A DNA stretch of 64,000 bases from Haliotis rubra (taxonomy: Eukaryota). Position 1 is the stretch's first letter, and every line of letters begins with the position of its first letter. Positions 35,358-48,198 of this stretch are shown here, in pieces. The notes under the pieces were generated by a model. It saw only the letters and a program-made list of their open reading frames with translations. It did not search any database and was not told the DNA's origin. Location: contig NW_025767368.1 in the NCBI RefSeq assembly GCF_003918875.1, positions 620,001-684,000 of the forward strand, read 5' to 3'. The position numbers and the translations under genes were made by a program.

Positions 35358-38300
35358 TCAAAGTTTGGTTGCTTGAAGCGTGTTGCTGGAGTTCTGAGAT
35401 TTCTCTTCCTTTTTTCCACGTTTTCCAACAATCCTCTCCTCGCGTCTCAGTACAAGCAGGGTGATGAGGAAGAAGGTGACGGACATGACCTTGCCGCTGA
35501 CCTCCAGAGCCTTCAGCCTAAATCTCAGTAATGTCAGGTCATACTGGGCACATGAGCCCTTCACGCCACACGTGACATCCCAGATGAGACACGTGCTATC
35601 GATCACATAGCCAGCGATTATGGGAGCAGGCAGGAACCCTGCAACACATACATACACACAAAATCTAGAAATGGTGTAATGAATGCATGATTTCAAAATG
35701 GCGTCGCAGAAGCTTTTTTAAAACAGTTGGGCTATACCGAAAATAGAAAGTGAAAAATACAGCTACATTATTATACTATACATTTCATCGCCCACTATGA
35801 TTATACCATGACTGCGCACCTTTGCACCACTCTGGATCTAAGACGAATTCAAAGGATACCCTTTATCCAGTGCAATATTCAGCTGTTTTTAAAACAATGT
35901 ACGTGACTGTCTGGATGTTTTGTTTGTTTGTTGTTTCACGCCACACTCAGCAATATTCCAGCCAAATGGCGTCGGTCTTTAAATATTCGAGCTTAGACCA
36001 GACAATCAACAGCATGAGCATCGATCTACGTAGTTGGGACACGATGACATGTGTCCACCAAGTCAGTGGGCCTGACCACCCGATCCTGTTAACCGCCTCT
36101 TACGACAAGCATGTGTTGCTGAAGATCAATTCCGACCCGGATCTTCACGGGTCTATCTGCAGCTAGAACTTGTATGTTTGTCACCAACCTAAGAGAGACG
36201 CCAGGAAGGAAAGAAGACCGACCGCCATAGCTTTGTCCCGCTCATCTACACTCCTGAAGAACAAATATTGCATGATTACATACTTAATCAGCCGTAGATA
36301 GCAAAGGTTCAACATATAATAACAGAACAGTGTCCATGAACTCTCCTGGTTCCTCATCCAGCATTGGCCATATGGGTGTTTGGCCAGCAATCGCTACAGA
36401 ACGAATTATCATGCTTGCTATGCTGTAACTTCCTATAACCTCTTACTGACACTTCTACTGGTAGTCTTCTTGAGATGACTCACTGGTGATGATGTAAGAA
36501 GAATTAATCCGTAAACGCTTGGTGCATATAAATCATCATGGCTGTAGATTACCTGATCTGCAGCATATACATCGGCATGATAGACATGGTGCCGCACAAT
36601 CTCATCACCATGTCGACGGCGATGTAGTAGTAGAGGTAGGGGCAGTCGGTCGGGCACATCCCAGCTGTCGTCTGACCGCTGGTCACTTTGCTACAACCTC
36701 CATACAGCTGGAACAGAGGAAGTCAAATTATGACCATGGTTAGGTTTGCAGTTTAACTTCAATAAACGTGAGATCTCATTTATCGAAAATGTACTTGTCT
36801 ACAACGGAGTGGGTGTATTAGAGGTTAAATGAACAACCATACTATAGCTTTCGACTCACTGACGGAAGAAAGTCCAAACTAACTGAAGTCAGATTGGATT
36901 TCAGTACGTATAATCCGAGATATCATGGTACACCGCTGAAATCATAAACAGCGATCATAATTGAACCCCGACTTCGAATACAACAATAAGATGATCCCAG
37001 TCTGAGTAACTTAAATGGAATAACTCACATTCCAAATGTTTTCTNNNNNNNNNNNNNNNNNNNNNNNNNNNNNNNNNNNNNNNNNNNNNNNNNNNNNNNN
37101 NNNNNNNNNNNNNNNNNNNNNNNNNNNNNNNNNNNNNNNNNNNNNNNNNNNNNNNNNNNNNNNNNNNNNNNNNNNNNNNNNNNNNNNNNNNNNACAAACA
37201 GAACACAACTAATGTCTCACCGACTTGGACTGGTTGGTACAACCGGCAAAGCAGGGAGAGAAGTAGGTGATGTTGTCTCCACACACTGGGAAGTAGTTAG
37301 TCAAGTCGCAGGTGCATACGTTGATGCCGTCGTCACGAGTAACGTCCCTAAGCAGTAGCAATAACATCATAAGAAAGAGAACAGTAACATGAAACACTTA
37401 CCCTACTTGAATCTGGACCATATAATCTAATGACTGACTTCATAAGGCAAGTGATCCTGATCATCCGATCCCATTAGCCTCCTTTTTCAACAAACATGGG
37501 TTGCTCAAGACCACATACCCGAGATCACCATGAACTGAAGACATATATGTGAGGACAGTAACACGAGAACCTTACCCTGCTCGGAAACTGAGGTTAACCC
37601 CATACACTCACTCTTCTCGGACAGTTCAGCCACACTTGTGAGAACATTAGTTCCAGACACTCATCCATCACCAGGACTGAAGCCACGTATGTGAGGACAT
37701 TAGACACAGACACTCACCCTTCACCAGAACTGAAGCCACCTATGCCAGGACAGAAACCCCGGACACTCACCCTTCTCGGACAGTTCAGCCACACTTGTGA
37801 GGACATTAGTTCCAGACACTCATCCATCACCAGGACTGAAGCCACGTATGTGAGGACATTAGACACAGACACTCACCCTTCACCACAACTGAAGCCACCT
37901 ATGCCAGGACAGAAACCCCAGACACTCACCCTTCTCGGACAGTTCAGCCACACATGTGAGGACATTAATTCCAGACACTCATCCATCACCAGAACTGAAA
38001 CGATCACCCTTCACCAGAACTGAAGCCACCTATGCCAGGACGGACAGTAACCCCAGACACTCACCCTTCACCAAAACTGAAGCCACGTATGTCAGGAGTA
38101 TCACATCCAAGGAAGAAGTCCAGGCAGTTGAAGAAACACGAAAGACAAACCGCTATAAGCACCATTCTGCTGCATCCAAGCCTAGACAGCTTGAGTCGCG
38201 ATGTTATTAATCCTCCTCCAAACGTTCCTATTGTCACTGCCACCAACTTTTGTACACCTAGGGATATGAAGACGATATTTAACGGGAAGCGAGTGTGGCA

Positions 38301-41118
38301 CAGCCTACCAGTGTTTCCCGGCATGATGGTGGCATACCCGATGGTGTGGACCAACCTACAAACACATTGAGTCATCGACCCATTCATTTTAATGTTGACA
38401 TACCCACTATGATATCCTCCCAATCAGTATGATGTTGACCTTGCCATGATGATGTTGGCCTACCCATTATGATATCCTCCCAATCAGTATGATGTTGACC
38501 TTGCCATGATGATGTTGGCCTACCCACTATGACATCTGCCACACAGTATGAAGCTGACCTACAAAGTAGCATGTTGACCTACCAAGTATGATGTTGACCT
38601 ACCCACTACCCAGTATGATGTTGACCTACCCAGTATGAAATCACAACACCCAGTATGACGTTGACAAACCTATGATTCCTCCCACTCAGTATGATGTTGG
38701 CCTACACACTAAGGCATCTGCCACATAGTGTCAAGTTGACCTACTAAGTATCATGTTGACCTACCAATTATGATATCGTCCTACCCAGTATGATGTTGGT
38801 CTTGTATCCCGGCACCATGAACTGTTTCTCCACGTATTTAGAGCTGAAGGACTCCGTTCCAGCCACCACAAATACCAGGAACATCAGCCCAGTGACGCAC
38901 AACGTGTACACCGGCCTCCGCAAAACCCGCAACACGGACCGGGGCAGATCTTCACATTGGTCATAGGGGTGAAGAAAACAACGCTAATGTCAATATTTCC
39001 TCCACTGTTAAACCGACTAACGTGCATAGCTCTTCAATAATAGGGCAAAGCCGCTATAGCCCTGGGATCACAGTAATCCTATGTTAAAGTACTATCGCAT
39101 AGAGAGGCAGGGATGACCTGTCGTCCATTAGAAAGGCAAAACACCTATGATCGTGGGTTCAAATCTCGTCAGCACAATACCCATTGAAAGTGGTAACGTC
39201 TGAACACCACTTGGGGCTTTTCAAATTAAGCTGACACGCTGTGATATAACTGGAACGTGGTATTCCCGTGAAGTAGAATTTTGTTATTACAGCATTATCT
39301 CCTTGATGTTGTGCCGGTGTTGTTATGAAGGATTATGTCACTGGGTGCAGTATTCTGAACTTGTTCGAGATCACCAGGTCTTGAAGGTAATCCCAAACCA
39401 CAAGCTCACTCCTGTGTTTTTAGAATTCTACTTCATGGGAACTAACCACCGGAGCACTGCCGAAAGCGGCGTTAACTAATTCAATCAATGTCGTCTTAAC
39501 CAAAGATGTTTTTGTTGAAGTATAAATGTTTGAACGTTAAATATATACAGCTTTTCTTTATAGACAAGACGTCGCTATTCAGTCTTACAATGTATGTACA
39601 TAATGCTTAAAAATAGTCAATATGCAACTATGGCATACCTTTGACGCTGTGGATGACGGGATTGTTTGCGTCCTTGGCAGTGGCGGGGCTAGACGGTTGC
39701 TGCAGACTTTTAGGGAACAACATTAGAGGAAATCCAATAATGACTCCCAGACACCCAAACAGCAAGAAGCCTATCCACCAAGCACCTATCCATTTTGGAT
39801 GTGTTGGGGTCATAGCGGTCTCTGGAAATAGGTGACAGTGTGACGAGTAAGTTTTATTCTTTTCTAAATACCTGAGTCATATAAGGTCAGGGGATATTTA
39901 ATTACGCTTCATGCTATGTACCATCTCCTGATAACTACTAAATATGTTAACCTTTGCTAACATGGCTAGCTATTCTCGAAACGTTTGGCAGATATCTACT
40001 TGACTGATGCCTTACCTTGTAGATCCACAGGGATCTGCCGGAATGCACCACCTATTGCTGTGGCAAGCGCGGGTCCGAACACTATCATTGTTGTGGATAT
40101 ACCTAGGTAAAACCACAAACAAACACCTTTAGGTAAGTACATACATATATAAGGAAAACAAAATGGCCTGAGTGAGGGATGGTAATGCACATACGTTTCT
40201 CAATTTATTCTCATTCCTTTAATGCATTAATTAAATGTCATTGTACATATCATCGTTGCCTCAAGCTGTACAGATCTGGAATTCCAAGGAAATATTTGCT
40301 GAACAACAGATGTTATGTATATACTATGACGTGGCTGATTGTATGTCATCGTATGCCAAGAATGTGGTGGCCAATCGTTCCTCAAACCACAAACTAGACA
40401 GTTCCGACTGCAGCGTAGAATAGTAATTAAATATATACTCCACATGGAACATACCTAGATATAGCCCTGTTTTTGTCTTGATGGGGTTGTTGTTGTCGAT
40501 GTAGGTTGTAGAGAGCGACGTCCGAGGGGACTTTCCGATCCCTTGAAGCACCATCCCCGCCCCAAGCATCCACACCACCCATCGGGGACCCACTGATGAA
40601 TGGGTCGCATCCGTTCCGCACTCTTCGGTCTCAGACACGTTGCCATGGCGACACAGCGGAGCAGTGAACGCCTTCATGGAGGAATTGGCAACAGCAGCAT
40701 CTGATAGCTGTGGTAAGTAGACTGGATCAACAAACTGACACAGGCTCACAAGAATACCGGAAATACCAAACAGGAAGCAGGCCGCAGACAGAATTCTGGG
40801 TATGTGGCGACTACTCCCAAAATGGCTGACGAGAAGGACCGTGCAGAGGAAGCCTATGTCATTGCAGCTGAGGATGATGCCGGTGGTGGTACTGTCCAAA
40901 TGGAACTGCTTCTCAAGGGCTGTGACCTGAGAGTTGATGTAGACATTGAGACTCTGGGAGATAAGCCCAGCAAAACCATACACCACAGAGAACGACAGGA
41001 TATGCTTGCATGGCTGCAGAATCCGTGGCCTGAAGCTCCCTACGCCGCAGTAGGTTTCGCCACTTTGGTCGATGCTGGTAGGTTCGTTGCAGTGGGGCAT
41101 AGCCTTGCAGTCGGGCAT
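35358..41118 (-). CDS. SLCO/OATP organic anion transporting polypeptide, 639 aa, 9 coding exons
   Basis: Exons 41118-40455, 40102-40016, 39821-39639, 38949-38785, 38257-38065, 37347-37221, 36707-36553, 36253-36189, 35638-35358 total 1920 nt, all GT-AG and in phase. OATP signature WIGAWWIGF, LEKQFHL, Kazal-like PVCGDNITYFSPCFAGC, PAPIIAGYVIDSTCLIW...CGVKGSC. Confidence 0.95.
35930..36151 (-). mobile_element. Family C SINE in the last SLCO intron
   Basis: ccgtgaagatccggg start and cttgtcgtaagaggcg core on -. Confidence 0.8.
37545..38095 (-). repeat. About 53-bp tandem array (159-bp higher-order unit) derived from an SLCO exon end plus donor
   Basis: Unit cagacactcacccttcaccagaactgaagccacgtatgtgaggacatt...; the last unit spans the real junction at 38064/38065. 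Confidence 0.9.
38390..38800 (-). repeat. About 20-bp degenerate array (60-bp higher-order unit) derived from an SLCO exon end plus donor
   Basis: Unit cctacccagtatgatgttga; the last unit spans the real junction at 38784/38785. Confidence 0.85.
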
Positions 41119-41623
41119 AGCGCCTGTGAAACACATTGTAAACATATTTTCATTTTCACCAACACACGGTATGACAACCTGAATGTCTCATTCGGTGTGT
41201 AACAAGTTCAACTACTTTTGCCCGAACCATTTCGACTGTAGGCCTATCTACATTCTGCAGTCTCATAAAGTCAACGAACGCCAGAGAATAATCCGCCTCT
41301 AATCTGATTTCAAATAACGCGAATGACACGTAGTATTTGCACCTTCCGGTAGTACCCGCAAATCACAAAATCAAATGAAATCATTTCGGCAAGTGCCACA
41401 GAATTCGGATGCATTGAAACTCCCAGTAACTGATAGTATAGGATGGCATCGTGTTTTGGTAATTTCCCTTGAATGCCTACAGTCACACGTATGGGGACAA
41501 AAAACTAGAAACTTTGATTGTTGTAATTTGTAAGGATAAAATGTCTTTTCGTAAAATACAAATAAAAGTACTAAAGCATGAAAGGAACTGAGAAATATGG
41601 ACCCCATAAGCTGATAATATATA

Positions 41624-42774
41624 TGTCGTGCCCTATTCCTAGAATTGCCCATTTCCCAGACTTGGAGCAAGAGTGTTGTCCAATCTCCGTGGATGGCCGG
41701 TGGCTTGCTCCATTTGACTGGCCAGCTAAGTGAGCATTGTTAACAACACACTATCGCCACAACACACGGTCAACTGTGTGGGACATTTTGTCGAAATCAA
41801 TTTGAGCGGTGCATGCAAAAATTTCTGAAAATGGATGATGTGAAACGAAGTGAGGAAATTTCAGTGAGAGCAGCTGCAAGATTGGACAGTGTTGGCCCTG
41901 GCCTGTAATGTAGCAGGTACTGGGCAACGTAGCAGCACACGTTGCATGTGCTACAAATATGGAAATAAATGCTCTAGCCGTTGCCATCATCGAAATATAA
42001 AGTGTAAAAATAAGTAGTTGTTTTAATTTCAGTTGAAGGTTTGATCTTATAATTACCTAAATGTTTTGATATGTCCAAATGTATAAAGATAATGTTTTCT
42101 TTTAAGTGATGCCATTTTACTGACTGAGTTTGGTCCTACGCCGCTTTTAGCAATATTTCAGCAACATCACGGCGGGGGACACCAGAAATGGGCTTTACAC
42201 ATTGCACCCATGTGGGGATTCGAACCCGGGTCTTCGGCGTGACGAGCCAACGCTTTAACCACTAGGCTAACCCACCACCCCTGATGCCTTTTTAAATTAG
42301 CACGCATGCAAGTTGACTTACTCAAACCATTATGTCTACTACAGTTATAACATTTTCACCTAGCTCCTATTTATCTATATATGTACACCCACATATGTGT
42401 ATACAATTTTGAACTAACTTGATGATGTAACTGCCAACACTCTTCTGTCTGTACATGCAACTTGAAATGGAATAAAAAATAAATAATAAAAAAAGGATAC
42501 TGTTTTGTTAGGATAACCATTAATTTCAGTTTTAAAAAAAATATATATTTGAACTTTTAACTACCTAAATGTTTGGATGTGTTACATTGTATCAAGATAC
42601 TGTTTAGTCAGAATAAACATTCATCATGATGTCTCTCATTTGAATTATATCTTATTCAATGCCCATTTCCTGGGATTGTGCAAACTGAATCATGAATTGC
42701 CCAGTTCCCGGCAATGGGACAAACCGGTTGCATAAAAACCAGCAGAATGAGCAAATCCGGGATTGGGCACGACA
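41624..42774. mobile_element. Non-autonomous TIR element, TGT..ACA ends, in TATA context
   Basis: tgtcgtgccc.at.cc at left and gg.at.gggcacgaca at right; subterminal aattgcccatttcc repeats; contains a family A SINE. Confidence 0.7.
42120..42281 (-). mobile_element. Family A SINE
   Basis: Full A/B-box head; TSD tgatgcc(a/t)tttta. Confidence 0.9.
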
Positions 42775-43700
42775 TATATAACATTCACGGCTGGATAAGC
42801 AACTTCATCCCTCTTGACGTACAACTTGAGTAATGTTATATATAAGTTTAATTGTCGTCATATCAACAGCTGTAAGAGTACAGGAGGACAGAAACAAGAG
42901 CTATAATATGTAAACAAATGTATCCGAAGATGGCATGGTTGATTTCTGTAATCATGGATAATTCTATGGCTCAAGCTAGGATAACTAAGCACAATCTAGG
43001 ATAATTCCGCATTATCCTGCTCGCGATCGTCCCCACATAGAACAAACATGTATAAACAATACGTACAGTAGAAGACACAACGATGGACAGATAAAGAAAC
43101 AATAGCTTAGCCTTGGACCAACTGATGGCAGACACGATCAACGGGATGACCAATTAAGGTTAGAAATGTCATACACAGTAATTAGTAGATGTGACAGAGT
43201 GGTGCGGGGTTGGCTGACAAGGATTAAGATTGGTTTGGTTGTTTAATGCCACACTCAGCAGTATTCCAGTTATAATGTCTGTAAATAATCGAGTCTGGAT
43301 CAGACAATCGAGTAATCAACACCATGAACATCTTCCCAGCCTCGCTCTCAGTTTCAACATGGCGTCGCGTGAATAAGGTGTACTGGTCATGCGTCAACCA
43401 AGACAGCGAGCCTGACCACCCGATCCCGTTAGTCGCCCCTTACGACAAGCATGGAAATTAGCGACATATAAATGATTGCAATTGAGTCATACATCTTTTG
43501 GCAAAATACTTTTTGGCCTTTGGAAATATTTGGACGATGGCTGTCCTAAATCGGTTGCTATGACAATATATTCTCTATTACTTCATCAGATACAGATGGA
43601 CAGGTGCTGATGTTTATGTGAGGGACAGTACCATGCACTGACGCGTGAAATATATGTTAGTGAGTGAGTGAGTTTAGTTCTACGCCGCACTCAGGCAATA

Positions 43701-44668
43701 GGGGAGACCGGGGTCAATTATAACACGGGGCAATTGTAACAAGGGCGATTATTCTAAAAGTTTTCGCTCAAGCATAATGTAGGTGAGTAGAGTTATTTCC
43801 CTTTACTTTCCTACGGTACACATCCAGGCGTTTTTCAGCTGCTCGCTCATGGCGAGATACAGTTAACGAAGAATCGTTTTCACATGGGAAAGTAAATTTT
43901 TCACAAAACGTAATAAAAGGTTCTTAATGCAGTAAAAGTTGCTTGGTATGAAACTAATTAACAAGTGTAAAATTGAGGTATTACGACATACTTTGAAGTA
44001 GAAATATTTGAGAAGCCCAAAGTTGTTAGCGTGTGACGTGGCATGAAACATGGCTACTACCATCGGGGGCAATTGTAACACTGTGTTACAATTGCCCCCA
44101 TGTAATTTTCCCTTGTGTTAGTATAATGAAGCAAATTAGGATGAAGGTTTTATGTTAGTTCTTTACTAGTTTTATCATAGTAGAACGTGATCAGTGTTAT
44201 GTTGATAGTATCAGCCCTCGGGTGACACATTTTGGTGTCAGTCTTTGTATTATATTTTGGGCATACCAATACAAGAATTTTAAACCAAAAACATTTTAAA
44301 TGTCGATGGTGATAAAGGTTTAATGTTAATCCATTTCCACCTCAATTGATCAAGATAACATCTTTCCACATTTGATTTTGATTATATTTGGAAAATAAAC
44401 AGATTGTTACATTTGAACCTTCTTTGTTACAATTGCCCCATCCGCCTGTTACAATTGCCCTGTGCTGGGGTCAATTGTAACACTTGCAGTCATTGCATTT
44501 TGTACGTAATAACTTTGTAACGACATGATAGTGAACTTTAAATGACACTGAGGTTTAAAGCCAAGAAGCCATTGTACTAGTTAGTACCGATTAACTTTGT
44601 GAGCGGTCGACTAGTATCGAATTACAAGACGTTAAGTAAAAAGTGTTACAATTGACCCCGGTCTCCCC
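43701..44668. mobile_element. Non-autonomous Tc1/mariner-pogo-like DNA transposon
   Basis: TIR ggggagaccggggtcaatt.taacac, TA TSD, many internal ggggcaattgtaaca motifs; second copy from 63339. Confidence 0.9.
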
Positions 44669-44782
44669 TACTCCAGCTATATGGCGGCGGTCTGTAAATA
44701 ATCGAGTCTGGACCACACAATCAAGTGATCAACAACATGAGCATCGATCTGCGCAATTGGGAACCGATGACATGTGTCAACC

Positions 44783-45051
44783 CAGGGCTCGATTTAGTGC
44801 TTTGTTACTTGCACTGATGCTAACCAATATTACAAAGTGCAACGTAGGTATTAGTCTAACTTGCACCAGGTGCAGGTCATTTTTTTTGTGGGTAAACTTC
44901 TGACTAAAACATCTAAATAATTCAATAGCATATTCCATTCATTACATATTACCATAAAAGCAGTGCAACTGGAATTTGGCTGGTGCAATTAGGTTTTTAT
45001 CTCAGGTTGCACCTGGTGCAAGTAGGCTAACATCTCTTAAATCGAACCCTG
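44783..45051. mobile_element. MITE with CAGGG ends and 5-bp TSD
   Basis: caggg.tcgattta / taaatcga.ccctg; caacc is duplicated relative to the host SINE sequence. Confidence 0.8.
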
Positions 45052-45181
45052 CAACCATATCAGCGAGCCTGATCACCCGATCCCATTAGTCGCCTCTTAC
45101 GACAAGCATGGGTTACTGAAGGCCAATATTCTAACCCGGACCTTCACGGGTTGTGAAATATATGTCTAGACGTAATGCTAC

Positions 45182-45362
45182 ATGTGTCTGAGTGGGGTAT
45201 TCATGCTTCACTGCGGCATGGTATCTCAGTGGGCTAGCACTATAAAACCAGCTTAAGTCTGGGCTAGTACAAGCAGCCGCACATACACATACAAACGCAT
45301 GCACGTCGTCAAATGAGCGGAATATTCTCAAGCACGACGTTAAACCCAATTTCACCTCACCT
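45182..45362 (+). mobile_element. 5'-truncated family B SINE
   Basis: Matches the 3' half of 59542-59910. Confidence 0.85.
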
Positions 45363-46226
45363 TCAATAATGAATTGATTATTTAACGCTCAACATGCACA
45401 ATGAAGCTACTCGAAAATCAGATAATAACTTACCTCGTGGATTCCGGAGTGTAAGTAAAAAGCGAGGCCAGGTTCCTTGCAAGAATTGTCACGTGGCATA
45501 TCCTCCCCTTGACGTGGGACAGGTGACTGTTACGTCTGACAGCCTGTGTGGTGTAACTGCATGTTTGTGAGGATCAGAAACTGGGGTCACGATATCTGGG
45601 CGACAGTAACAAATGATGCACCAGGAACAAAGACACTCTTCGCCCCACGTATATCAAACTACACTCATAATGTTTTGAATGAAGCTATTGTCTGAGTGAA
45701 CATTTAAAATTTCGTGACTTTGCATCTGGACACAACTTGTAATCCCAATAGAATTTCACTTCATGTAGCCAAACTGTGTGCGAGTTAAGGCGAATTTACA
45801 ATCACTCACGCAGCTAAGCTGAGCACACTCTCCGCGACAGCACCTTAAACAGGGAAGTGTTGCTATGTCAATATCCACAGGTGAGCGGATGTCGGCCAGA
45901 TCAGAAAGTGTAACTTCTGGACTGACAACTAACGTCAAACAAGACAGTTTGGAATGAGACCCGTGGGTGTCAGGCTTAAAGATTGTGATATTACATTGAT
46001 TTCACTAAGTAAAGATATTCAAATCTACCCCTGTTATCAATTGAAAAGTCCTTAGAAAAACTGGAAGGCGACAACATCTACCGTTAAAACCCGGCTTTGT
46101 GCAGGAAGTTAATTGACTACAAATAGTCCGGTTTCCTCCCTTTCCCGAGTCCCCTTCCCTTCCCTCGGCCACATTCACACAGAAGGCTGGATACCGCCAT
46201 CACGAGTTATCTCCCTTCTATGCCCA

Positions 46227-47410
46227 TCCGTGAAGATCCGGGTTAGAATGGGTCTGCAGTAACACATGCTTGTCGTAAAAGGCGACTAACGGGATCGGTT
46301 GGTCAGGCTCGCTGACTTGGTTGACACATGTCTGTGACATGTCATCATGTCCAAATTGCGAAGAATGATGCTCCCTCATGCTGTTGATCACTTGAGTGTC
46401 TGGTCCAGACTCGATTATTTACAGACCGCCGCCATATAGCTGGAATATTGCTGAGTGCGGCGTGAAATAACAAACCAACAATGATTTCCGAATGCAGTTT
46501 AAGCAGCAATCAGGACAAGTCATTTGCTCCAGATAGCGTTGCAATTGTAACCGAGTGAGCTCTCGAAGGAAGGTTGACAGGATGACGTGAAGCGTCTGTA
46601 AAATATGCAAAAACGTGCAAAATCATGATACTTGATACGTTACATATTTAAAGGTGCATACAAACTGCCTATAGAACTCATGTACAGTCGCTGTCAATAT
46701 GAATAGATACGTTTTTAAATACGATAAATTGAACCGGTTGAACGTGTATCTGTGCAGATCCGTGTTAGAATGTGTCTTCAGCAACCCATGCTGGTCGTAA
46801 GAGGCAGCTAACGGGAGCGGGTTGTCAGGATCGTATGTCATCGTATCCCAGTTGTGTAGATCGATGCTCATGCTATTCATCACTATGCCTGGTCCACGCT
46901 CGACTATAGCTTGGATATTACTGAGTGCAGCGTTAAACATCAAACAAACTTTCTCGTTCTTTCTTTCTTTTATTAATTCGTCCTACCTACTTAACTACTT
47001 AAGACTTGAAACTGGATTTGTTTTTCATGTCTACCAATCTGAATCTCTTGGTTAAAACCCATTCTTGTCGAAAAAGGCGACAAACGGGATGGATGAGCGT
47101 CTGTCTGGTCCCGACTTGAAATAAAACGTACTAAATTCTGAAAATTGAAATGGTCTGACCCTGATGCGTGTACGTCTCAGGTGGACATTAGCACTTATCT
47201 TCAACATTGAGGTTAATCTTCAGCAACCCACGCTTCTCGTAAGAAACAACTAACGGGATCATGTGATCAGGGTCGGTGTTTTGGCTGACACGTGTCATCG
47301 TATCCCAACTGCGAAGATGCTCATGATGTCAATCACTGGATTGTCTGGTCCACACTCGATTAATTACCGAACGCCGTATTGTAACTGGAATATTGCGTTT
47401 AAAAAACAAC
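46227..47410 (+). mobile_element. Cluster of family C SINEs (about 46227-46478, 46750-46950, 47045-47120, 47210-47410)
   Basis: Repeated cttgtcgtaa.aggcgactaacggga core and shared tail, with varying divergence. Confidence 0.8.
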
Positions 47411-47953
47411 AACATTTATATATACCTTTATAATTAGCATGTAGTTTGATTTGTAAATTACATTTTCGGTGTTGCTTGTTGGTTTTATACCAAATCCTTT
47501 CAAGTACTGATTATTAATGAACCTTCGTTTTTAAGCCGTAAATCAACACGTAGCAAACACGGGGAATGGAGGACACTGTAATCCCTGTCCCACCATGATA
47601 AGTGTAGGCCACGCTTAAACAGCAGAAGTACTTGAGATGACGGCTTCCTATTGTAGTCATATAAACACGATGCTCTGTGACAACCGGCGACCAGGTTATC
47701 CTGTGGTCAGTTCAGGGTTCACAGGTCACAGTGAATGTTTCATGTAAAGGAAACTGTCAATCAACACCACGCAGCGAACGTGACAGCTTATAAACACACT
47801 GTGAACATAAGTAGATTTATCCACTATGGTAAACATCGACGACTTATTGTTCATTTAGGGCTCCAAAGCCACTATAAACTCCTTGAAATGATAACCGACA
47901 TTTAATTCCTGCACGTCAGTCATTGTCATTGTCAACAACCGTTAATGAGCAAC

Positions 47954-48122
47954 ATTTATGAATAACAACGTAAGCTTCATATGCTTTGGAACATATTGAA
48001 AATGTAATATATAATTTCAAAATGTATATTTCATAATATATATAAATATATAATGTATATTTTCATAATATACATTTTCAAAATGTCCCTAAGCATGTGA
48101 ATCTTACGTTAGTATTCATAAA
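47954..48122. repeat. AT-rich imperfect palindrome, probable MITE relic
   Basis: tttatgaata.caacgtaag.ttca.atgctt.gg.acat.ttgaaaatgta is mirrored at 48070-48122. Confidence 0.7.
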
Positions 48123-48198
48123 TATTATTCGTTTATGTTTGTTGACATTACCAGTGGAAAGAAATAAGAACTGTTAATAAAAACAATTAATCAGCAAA

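Larger units (their letters stand above)
43658..45150 (-). mobile_element. Family C SINE split into three pieces by two DNA transposons
   Basis: Pieces 43658-43700, 44669-44782 and 45052-45150 rejoin into one continuous SINE. Confidence 0.88.
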
